A stretch of DNA of 64,000 nucleotides, from the NCBI GenBank assembly GCA_963722825.1, contig CAVROI010000002.1, positions 634,463 to 698,462 of the forward strand. The letters run 5' to 3'. Numbering within the stretch: position 1 is the stretch's first letter; every line of letters begins with the position of its first letter. The DNA comes from an uncultured Gemmatimonadales bacterium (lineage in GTDB: Bacteria; Gemmatimonadota; Gemmatimonadetes; Gemmatimonadales; GWC2-71-9). Both the position numbers and the translations under genes were made by a program. The notes below the pieces were generated by a model. The model worked only from the letters and a program-made list of their open reading frames with translations. It was not told where the DNA came from and searched no databases. This document shows positions 57,032 to 64,000 of this stretch, piece by piece.

Positions 57032-59431
57032 ATGCAAGGTCAACTGGCGAATTGCGCACGCCTGAGCGTGCTCGCTCTTGCACTCTTCGCATGCAGCGCC
57101 GACGACTCGACCGCACCGACCGGCGGCGGGCCTGATCAGCCACCCATTGCGGTCACCAGCCGATGGTCCGAGACGTCCACCTGGGCCGACGGCGTCGTTC
57201 CTGCCGCGGGCGCCGCCGTCACGATTCCCGCCGGCAAGGCGGTGCTTCTCGACGTCAGTCCCCCGGCACTCGCGAGCCTCAAGATCGACGGTGCGCTGGT
57301 CGTCGACGAGCAGGACGTCAGCCTTACCGCCGGGTCGATCGTCGTCGCCGGCACGCTGCGCATCGGCACGAGTGGGTCACCCTTCGCACACAACGCCACG
57401 ATCACTCTTACGGGAGCCTCCGACGCCCCCGACGTCCTGGGCATGGGCAGCAAGGTGCTCGGCGTGCTTCCCGGCGGGACGCTCGATCTGCACGGCGAGG
57501 CGCGGACCGGCTGGACCCGCCTTGCCGCGACGGCGCCGTCCGGCTCGACGCAGCTCGCCCTCCTGACGGCGCCCGGCTGGCGCGCCGGCGACCGCATCGT
57601 GGTCGCATCCACCGAGTTCGACCCCAACCGCGCTGAAGTGGCCATCGTGCAGAGCATCAGCGGCGCGAGCGTGACGCTCACCCAGCCGCTCCTCTATTCG
57701 CACTACGGGCAATTGCAGACGTACGCCGGCGTGACGGTGGACGAGCGCGCCGAAGTGGGACTGCTGACGCGCAACATCGTGATTCAGGGAGACAGCGCGT
57801 CGAGCGCCGGAGGTTTCGGGGGCCACATGATGGGCATGGGCGGCACACTACGGGTCGAGGGGGTGGAGCTGCACTTCATGGGACAGAAGGGGGTCGTGGC
57901 GCGATATCCAATGCACTGGCACATGATGGGGCCAGTGGACGGGCAGTACTTTGCGAACAGCAGCGTGTGGAAGAGCTTCAACCGCTGTGTCACCGTGCAC
58001 GGGACCGACAACGCGCGCGTGGAAGGCAACGTCTGTTACGACCACCTCGGCCATGGGTACTTCATGGAGGACGGGGCCGAAACGGGCAACACCATCGCCG
58101 GCAACCTCGGACTCGGCACCAAGGTGACCCTCGAGGGTGAAGGCGTGCTGCCGACCGATACCAGGGCGGCGACGTTCTGGATCACCAACCCGGACAACAT
58201 GATCCACGACAACGTCGCGGCGGGCTCGCAGGGATTCGGCTTCTGGTTTGCCCTCCCAGCGTCGCCCACCGGTCTCTCGACCGGTCAGCCGGACCTGCCG
58301 CGCACCAATCCGCTTCGTCAGTTCAGCGACAACGTCGCCCACTCCAACAAGCGCGGCGGGCTCCAGGTTGACGATGGGCCGATGCCGGACGGAAACACCC
58401 AGACCACGTACTACAGTCCCCGCTCGGACCCCAACGATGGCGCCAGTGCGGTCGAGGCCGAATTCAAGAACTTTGTTGCGTGGAAGCATTCCGGCCGGGC
58501 CGTGTGGCTACGCGGCGCGTATCTCCGGCTCACTGGGGCCGTGCTGGCCGACAACGCCATCGGCGCCACGTTTGCCTCGTATCAGACGTCGGTGAGCGAT
58601 GCGGTCTTCGTGGGCGAGACGGCCAACAACACCAGTACCCTTTCGCCGGGAACGCCGCGCCGCGGCTACGAGTTCTACGACGGCACCGTAGGCGCCGACC
58701 GGGTGACGTTCGTCAACTACACCGCCGCGGGTTCCATCCCATCGAGCGCGCTCGGCTTTCTCCGGAACAACGGCTTCTCGGTCAGCACCGCGAACTTCGC
58801 CGGGATGCTCTCGTTCACCAACGCCAACCCGTACTATCTGGAAACCCCACATCCGGACAAGGATGGTGACAAGGCGGCAGTGTTCCTCGATCGCGATGGC
58901 GCCGTGACCGGGAACGCGGGATCCTATGTCGTGCCCAACTCCCCGTTTCTGATCACCGGCTCGTGCACCCTGAGAACCGAGTGGAACGCCTATGTCTGTC
59001 CCAACCGCTACGTCGGGTTCAGCGTCCGGAGCGACGTGGGGAACGTCGCGCCGCTGACCGTAGCTCGCGATGACGCGGCATCGCTCGACCTGGTCGGAGT
59101 CCCCGGAAATCCTGACGCCGCCTTCGCGTCGGTGCTGCCCGGCCGGCAGTACACCCTGGCGTTCGGCGGCGCGGCGCCGGGCAAGCCCAAGTTTTATCTC
59201 GACGACGTGGCGGCGGGCGAATGGGTGCGGGTCACGCTCCCGTATCCGCAGGCGCCGGTCAAGATGGTGCGCGATTACTGGGCGGGAAATTCGATGAGCT
59301 CGGCGGCGAGTCTCGCCGAGCTCGACGCGAGCACCGGCGACAGGTACTACTACGATGCGGGGGCCGGGCAGCTGCACCTCAAGCTGATGCCGATGCAGGA
59401 CCGGGACTGGGCGACGGTGTTCGTCGACTAG
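57032..59431 (+). CDS. secreted lipoprotein with a G8 domain and right-handed beta-helix (CEMIP/TMEM2-like architecture)
   Basis: MQGQLANCARLSVLALALFAC (lipobox). G8-like WSETSTWADGVVPAAGAAVTIPAGKAVLLD...LKIDGALV. Then MHWHMMG and PbH1-like repeats (NVCYDHLGHGYFMEDG, HDNVAAGSQGFGFWF, NVAHSNKRGG). The alternative start is ATG 57014. Confidence 0.7.
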   Translation: MQGQLANCARLSVLALALFACSADDSTAPTGGGPDQPPIAVTSRWSETSTWADGVVPAAGAAVTIPAGKAVLLDVSPPALASLKIDGALVVDEQDVSLTAGSIVVAGTLRIGTSGSPFAHNATITLTGASDAPDVLGMGSKVLGVLPGGTLDLHGEARTGWTRLAATAPSGSTQLALLTAPGWRAGDRIVVASTEFDPNRAEVAIVQSISGASVTLTQPLLYSHYGQLQTYAGVTVDERAEVGLLTRNIVIQGDSASSAGGFGGHMMGMGGTLRVEGVELHFMGQKGVVARYPMHWHMMGPVDGQYFANSSVWKSFNRCVTVHGTDNARVEGNVCYDHLGHGYFMEDGAETGNTIAGNLGLGTKVTLEGEGVLPTDTRAATFWITNPDNMIHDNVAAGSQGFGFWFALPASPTGLSTGQPDLPRTNPLRQFSDNVAHSNKRGGLQVDDGPMPDGNTQTTYYSPRSDPNDGASAVEAEFKNFVAWKHSGRAVWLRGAYLRLTGAVLADNAIGATFASYQTSVSDAVFVGETANNTSTLSPGTPRRGYEFYDGTVGADRVTFVNYTAAGSIPSSALGFLRNNGFSVSTANFAGMLSFTNANPYYLETPHPDKDGDKAAVFLDRDGAVTGNAGSYVVPNSPFLITGSCTLRTEWNAYVCPNRYVGFSVRSDVGNVAPLTVARDDAASLDLVGVPGNPDAAFASVLPGRQYTLAFGGAAPGKPKFYLDDVAAGEWVRVTLPYPQAPVKMVRDYWAGNSMSSAASLAELDASTGDRYYYDAGAGQLHLKLMPMQDRDWATVFVD

Positions 59432-59563
59432 AGTTCGCGACGCCGGGCTGGTGGCCGGGGCGCGCGAAGTTGGCTAACCAGACCGCGCGCCGCTGATCTC
59501 GCGTCCCGAGGGCACCGTACCCTTGCCCACTGCAGGCCGCCGTTAAGGTCCCGGTGCAAGGCC

Positions 59564-59658
59564 CGGCCATCGCTCGGCCTGACGTGGTCTGCGGGTACAA
59601 TGCCCTCGGGAGCGCTCGCCCGGCGCGCGGAGTCGGGCCGCAGGCCGAGCGATGGCCG
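59564..59658. repeat. 18-bp perfect GC-rich inverted repeat enclosing a 59-nt loop, in a 580-bp non-coding region
   Basis: CGGCCATCGCTCGGCCTG (59564-59581) and CAGGCCGAGCGATGGCCG (59641-59658) are exact reverse complements. Confidence 0.85.
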
Positions 59659-60010
59659 CGCCTGGACCCCGGGCCCCTGAAGGTGGCCTGCGGCGCCGCG
59701 AGCGAGACGGTCCCGCCCGGAGCGCAAGCCCGGCGTCGACGGAACCAGCGCGCCTCGAGCGCAAGCCCGGCGTCATCGCGCTGCGAGGCGCCTCCCCTTG
59801 CCCGATTGACCACCACCCGCTACATTGACGGCCATCATCGGGGCACGCTTACGCCGCCGATGTGGGTCAGGAGGGACCGGCGTTAGCGCTGGTTCCTTTT
59901 TTGTTGGCCGATGGACCCAGCGTGAGGGTTCGAGTCACGCAACACTACGTAGTCGGGCGGTGCGGCAATTCCGTACTCCGATTACACCAATGATCAAGGA
60001 GTAGGGAACA

Positions 60011-60223
60011 ATGCGCACCACAGGGACGGTAAAGTGGTTCAATGACGCCAAAGGGTTTGGCTTCATCACCCCCGAAGGCGGACAGAAGGACTGCTTCGTC
60101 CATCATTCGGCGATCCAGGCCGAAGGGTTCAAGAGCCTCGCCGAAGGCGACCGGGTAGAGTTCGACATCGTCCAGGGCCAGAAGGGCCCCGCGGCGGAAA
60201 ACGTCGTCAAGCTCGGCCGGTAG
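60011..60223 (+). CDS. cspA: cold-shock protein, CspA family
   Basis: [17 protein letters not shown] (RNP1) and DCFVHHSAI (RNP2). AAGGAG at 59996-60001 lies 9 nt upstream of the ATG, preceded by a long lower-GC leader. Confidence 0.95.
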   Translation: MRTTGTVKWFNDAKGFGFITPEGGQKDCFVHHSAIQAEGFKSLAEGDRVEFDIVQGQKGPAAENVVKLGR

Positions 60224-60237
60224 TCAGCAGAAAACGG

Positions 60238-60264
60238 GCGGCGGTCGAGATACTCGGCCGCCGC
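60238..60264. terminator. 12-bp hairpin between convergent cspA and the hydrolase gene (bidirectional terminator candidate)
   Basis: GCGGCGGTCGAG (60238-60249), ATA loop, CTCGGCCGCCGC (60253-60264), with one G.U pair. The AAAA run on the 5' side gives a U-run for the minus-strand transcript. There is no T-run on the plus side. Confidence 0.55.
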
Positions 60265-60296
60265 TCGGTTACATCACCTCTCCACGATAGACGCAG

Positions 60297-61280
60297 TTAC
60301 AGCGCCCTCCCTTTCGGTGGGGGCTCCCGTAGACCGTCGGCAAAATCGAACACATTCTGAAGCAGCTCGCCGGGCGCATCGAGCGAGAGAAAATGTCCAG
60401 CCCCGGGGACGATTTTCGTTCGCGCCCCCCGTATGGCTCTCTGATTTCCTTCCCGCTCCGGCTCCCTCGACCAGTCATACTCACCGTACAGCAGGAGTAC
60501 CGGGCAATCGATGTTCCCATACTCCGACCGCACCCGCTCCCACTCGGGCCAGTGGCGGACGAGTGACATGAACGCCTTGTAGTATCCCGGCCGATTGGCC
60601 ACCCTGTCCATTTCACGTATCAACGCGGACGGCAGTGCGTCTCTTCGGCGAACACCGCCCTCGAAGACATGCTTGTGGACCGGATAGCTCCGCAGCCTCA
60701 TGAAGGTTCCGCCCAGGATCGGCACGTTATTGAGCCCGAACAGGACGTTCGCAAGCGGGGAACTCCTCCTGAGCCCGCGTCCACGGTCGTAGTCGTATGG
60801 GTTGATCGCGACGACCGCTCGAACCCTGGGGTGGTGGCGGGCGGCCAGCACGAGCCCCACGGTGGCACCGATGGATTCCCCTACGACTATGGCATCCGCG
60901 ATGTCCAGGGCGTCGAGAAAGCCGGCCGCCGCGGTCACGAAGACCTCCGGGGAGTATTCCGTCCTGGGAATGTCGGAGTAACCATGCCCGGGGAAGTCCA
61001 TCGCGTAAACCCGGAAACGCCCGGCGAGGGTGGAGATGACCTTCTGATACATGTCGAGCTGGGTGCGGAGCGTGTGCAGCAGGACCAGCGACGGACCGGC
61101 GCCGGCGGTGATGTACCGCAGTTTGGTGCCGTGGACGTCGACCCAGCGCACCGCAACTCCCGGTGCCCAGTCGACGCCCTGTGGCACGGTGGGCGGAGAG
61201 CGGAACGCCTCGACGAGATAGGAGAGAGCCGGAACGGCGGCCAGGCCGGCCAGCACTGAGACTTCGACAGGCAGCGCCAT
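60297..61280 (-). CDS. alpha/beta-fold hydrolase
   Basis: SLVLLHT oxyanion region, nucleophile elbow VGESIGA, and a C-terminal GAGHFLSLDAP His region. Confidence 0.8.
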   Translation of the reverse strand: MALPVEVSVLAGLAAVPALSYLVEAFRSPPTVPQGVDWAPGVAVRWVDVHGTKLRYITAGAGPSLVLLHTLRTQLDMYQKVISTLAGRFRVYAMDFPGHGYSDIPRTEYSPEVFVTAAAGFLDALDIADAIVVGESIGATVGLVLAARHHPRVRAVVAINPYDYDRGRGLRRSSPLANVLFGLNNVPILGGTFMRLRSYPVHKHVFEGGVRRRDALPSALIREMDRVANRPGYYKAFMSLVRHWPEWERVRSEYGNIDCPVLLLYGEYDWSREPEREGNQRAIRGARTKIVPGAGHFLSLDAPGELLQNVFDFADGLREPPPKGRAL

Positions 61281-61381
61281 GGGATCCTCCCTGGTACCAC
61301 GCTCGATTGGACAATAGATGTATATGCATGTATTTTTACCGCGTCAACTCCGCCTCGATTCCCTCGGCTATTCTTGATCCC

Positions 61382-63874
61382 ATGTCCCTCCCCGTCTCGC
61401 CTCTGCCGATCGAGCCAGCCATCCCATCGCTCCGGGTCGCGCTCCGGAATCTGGGCGTCGCCGTGCTCCAGGCGCCGCCCGGGGCGGGGAAAACTACTCG
61501 GGTGCCCCTCGCCCTCCTCGATGAGCCATGGGCGGCTGGCTGCCGGATCGTCATGCTCGAGCCCCGTCGTCTCGCTACTCGTGCTGCCGCGGGACGGATG
61601 GCATCGCTCCTCGGGGAAGCGGTCGGTGGCACGGTGGGGTACCGGATTCGTCATGACACTCGGGTCGGTCCGCGCACGCGGATCGAGGTGGTGACCGAGG
61701 GCATCCTCACCAGAATGATCCAATCGGACCCCGCGCTCGATGGCGTGGGGCTGGTGATCTTCGACGAGTTTCACGAGCGAAACCTCCATGGCGATGTTGG
61801 TCTCGCGCTCACCCTCCAATCGAAGGCCATCCTCCGAGACGATCTTCGCGTGCTCGTGATGTCCGCGACGCTCGACGGTGGTCCGGTCGCTGCTCTCCTG
61901 GGTGGTGCGCCGATCGTGACCAGCGAGGGGAGAAGCTGGCCGGTAGAGACCCGTTATCTGCCGCGCCGCGTGGATATTCGGCTGGAAGCGGCCGCCACGT
62001 CGGCGATACATCATGCCCTCGACAGCGAAACGGGCGATGTTCTCGTGTTCCTCCCGGGAGCGGGTGAAATCCGGCGGGTGGCGGGGATGCTGGGGGAAGG
62101 GCTGGATGCCGACGTCATTCCGCTGCACGGCAACCTCCCGCCGGAGATCCAGGATCGGGCTATCAGGCCTAGCGGCGCGGGGCGGCGAAAGGTCGTGCTC
62201 GCCACCTCCATCGCCGAAACCAGCCTGACCATCGAAGGTATTCGAGTGGTCGTGGACTCCGGCCTGTCTCGCTTGCCCCGGTATTCGCCGAGATCGGGCA
62301 TGACCCGGCTCGCAACGGTGCGGGCGTCGCGAGCCTCGGCTGATCAGCGCCGGGGAAGGGCAGGTCGCCTCGCTCCGGGAGTCTGCTACCGGCTCTGGGC
62401 GGCGGTCGAGGACACCCAGCTTCTTCCCAGCACTCCGCCCGAAATCCTCGAGTCGGATCTCGCGCCGCTCGCGCTTGATCTCGCCGCGGCGGGCGTCTCC
62501 GATCCCAGTGACCTGGCCTGGCTGGATCCACCGCCACCCGGCGGCTTCGCCGGGGCCCGAGGCCTCCTCGCGCAGCTCGGCGCGGTCGACCTGGACGGTC
62601 GAATCACCAGCCACGGTCGCGCGATGACCAGGTTCGCGCTCCACCCCCGTCTCGCCCACATGGTCCTTCGGGCCACCGAAATGGGTGGCGGTCGAACCGC
62701 CTGTGCGCTCGCGGCGATTCTCACCGAGCGGGACCTGGTGCCTTGGCGCGGCGGCACCCCCGATGTGGATCTGGGCCTCCGCCTCGACCTGCTCCATGGC
62801 ACGATCGAGCGGCACGACGTCGATCGGGAAGCACTGCGCCGCGCACGTGCGGAGGCGAGGAGCTGCGAGAAGGGCCGCGCGCCAGGTGCGGACCATGTCT
62901 CTCTCGGGGTGCTGGCCGCACTTGCATACCCCGATCGGGTAGCCCGGCGCCGCAAAGGCGAGGGGGGGCGATACCTCCTGCGTAACGGTCAGGGCGCGTC
63001 GCTCGATCCTCAGCCTCTGGCCCGCGAGGAATTCCTGGTGGCTGCCGATCTCGATCTCCGCTTGGGCAGGACCCGCATTCTGCTGGCGGCTCCTCTGGAG
63101 ATCGCCGAGATCGAGGAGTACTTCGCCAACGATATAGAGCGTGAGGATGTAATCGAGTGGGATCCGGAATCACGGGCAGTGATAGCCCGGCGTCGCCACC
63201 GGCTCGGTGCCATCATCTTGCGCGATGCACCACTTCAGGAGCCGGATCCCGAGCGTGTGACGGCGGCGCTGGTGGCTCATATCCGAGAGCAGGGACTCGG
63301 CCTGCTCCCCTGGAATCCGGGTAGTCTCAGCCTTCGGGCCCGGCTCGCCTTTCTCCACGGGCTGGACGACGCCTGGCCCGACGTTTCGGATGTGGCGCTC
63401 CTCGACGCCATGGACGAATGGCTCACGCCGAGTCTCCGTGGCATCCGCCGGTCAGAGGATTTGTCGAGGCTGGATCTCGAGGGATTGCTCCGAGGCCGGC
63501 TGGCCTGGGAGTGGCGCGCCAGGCTCGAGGAATGGGCACCTAAGCACATCCAGGTGCCGAGCGGCTCGCGAATTCTGGTGGATTATGGCGATCCGGATGC
63601 CCCCGTACTGGCGGTCCGGCTCCAGGAATTGTTCGGGCTCACGGATACCCCGCGTGTGGGTTTGGGGCGTGTGCCCGTCACCCTACACCTGCTTTCTCCG
63701 GCTCACCGGCCGGTCCAGGTGACGCGCGACCTCGCGGGATTCTGGCGGAGCACCTATTTCGAGGTGAGGAAGGATTTGAAGGGCCGTTATCCCAAGCACT
63801 CCTGGCCCGACGATCCTGTTCAGGCCGAGCCGACCCGCCGGCCAAGGCGGCGGGAAACGCCGCCGGGAACATAG
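61382..63874 (+). CDS. hrpB: ATP-dependent DEAH-box helicase HrpB
   Basis: LQAPPGAGKTTRVPLAL (Walker A), VIFDEFHERN (DEFH box), VFLPG..EI, LATSIAETSLTIEGIRVVVD and QRRGRAGR, plus the HrpB C-terminal domain. The start is the ATG at 61382. Confidence 0.92.
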   Translation: MSLPVSPLPIEPAIPSLRVALRNLGVAVLQAPPGAGKTTRVPLALLDEPWAAGCRIVMLEPRRLATRAAAGRMASLLGEAVGGTVGYRIRHDTRVGPRTRIEVVTEGILTRMIQSDPALDGVGLVIFDEFHERNLHGDVGLALTLQSKAILRDDLRVLVMSATLDGGPVAALLGGAPIVTSEGRSWPVETRYLPRRVDIRLEAAATSAIHHALDSETGDVLVFLPGAGEIRRVAGMLGEGLDADVIPLHGNLPPEIQDRAIRPSGAGRRKVVLATSIAETSLTIEGIRVVVDSGLSRLPRYSPRSGMTRLATVRASRASADQRRGRAGRLAPGVCYRLWAAVEDTQLLPSTPPEILESDLAPLALDLAAAGVSDPSDLAWLDPPPPGGFAGARGLLAQLGAVDLDGRITSHGRAMTRFALHPRLAHMVLRATEMGGGRTACALAAILTERDLVPWRGGTPDVDLGLRLDLLHGTIERHDVDREALRRARAEARSCEKGRAPGADHVSLGVLAALAYPDRVARRRKGEGGRYLLRNGQGASLDPQPLAREEFLVAADLDLRLGRTRILLAAPLEIAEIEEYFANDIEREDVIEWDPESRAVIARRRHRLGAIILRDAPLQEPDPERVTAALVAHIREQGLGLLPWNPGSLSLRARLAFLHGLDDAWPDVSDVALLDAMDEWLTPSLRGIRRSEDLSRLDLEGLLRGRLAWEWRARLEEWAPKHIQVPSGSRILVDYGDPDAPVLAVRLQELFGLTDTPRVGLGRVPVTLHLLSPAHRPVQVTRDLAGFWRSTYFEVRKDLKGRYPKHSWPDDPVQAEPTRRPRRRETPPGT

Positions 63875-64000
63875 ATATGGCTGGAGTTGTTTTTGATCGG
63901 TGCAACGATCACCTGACACCGATCATCAGAGCCAGAGATGCAGAGGTCGTGAGCGGAAGAACCAGATCGTTAGCTAAGTCATTTAATCGGTGATAGATAG

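Noticed and set aside
59554-59886. 110-aa ORF in the G8-cspA intergenic region
   Set aside because: It has R/A/P-rich composition and no ribosome-binding site, and it overlaps the long inverted and direct repeats. It was treated as non-coding.
60935-62896. 653-aa minus-strand ORF
   Set aside because: It is antisense to hrpB and out of frame with the hydrolase gene. Its composition is R/P/G-rich.
63875-64000. Possible tRNA or tmRNA at the AT-richer window end
   Set aside because: No acceptor or T-arm (GTTCRANYC-like) pattern or cloverleaf could be drawn.

Overview
GC-rich (about two-thirds G+C by eye) chromosomal segment from a diderm bacterium (TamB/Omp85 pair, lipobox lipoproteins). A Gemmatimonadota- or Acidobacteriota-like origin is only a guess. 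I support about 50 protein-coding genes. I found no rRNA, tRNA, CRISPR array, transposase or integrase. Many long ORFs in the track are antisense shadows of real genes, as expected at this GC content.

Layout:
- 1-40.6 kb: stress, envelope and metabolism genes. These include a tandem USP, a P1B ATPase, secreted MsrA/MsrB, SurE, TamB/TamA and a NagB-LmbE fusion. They are interleaved with many DNA-end-repair genes: an ATP-dependent ligase, a stand-alone LigD phosphoesterase, RmuC, Ku and a full PE-Lig-Pol LigD.
- 40.6-50.5 kb: a visibly lower-GC defence island on the minus strand, in the order hsdM - abiEi - abiEii - hsdS - HExxH protein - hsdR. Three consecutive ATGA stop/start overlaps join abiEii/hsdS, hsdS/HExxH and HExxH/hsdR. 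hsdM and hsdS are intact. hsdR carries a C-terminal AlbA_2/Schlafen-like domain and is broken by roughly 15-18 single-nucleotide frameshifts. The HExxH gene and abiEi are also frame-disrupted.
- 50.5-64 kb: an alpha/beta hydrolase translationally coupled to a UvrD-family helicase with an embedded DEDDh exonuclease, an ~860-aa pure coiled-coil protein, a G8/beta-helix lipoprotein, a 580-bp structured non-coding region, CspA, a second hydrolase and HrpB.

Best candidates for undescribed biology:
- The composite type I R-M / AbiE / HExxH / AlbA_2 operon.
- An uncharacterised ATGA-coupled three-gene module ending in a small 2-TM protein (20.9-22.6 kb).
- An unknown protein coupled to a stand-alone LigD-PE (22.7-23.9 kb).
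- The hydrolase plus UvrD-exonuclease pair.
- A Ku-DUF72 operon with an 8x heptad repeat in the ku/ligD divergent promoter.

All family assignments come from motif recognition by eye. No database search was run.
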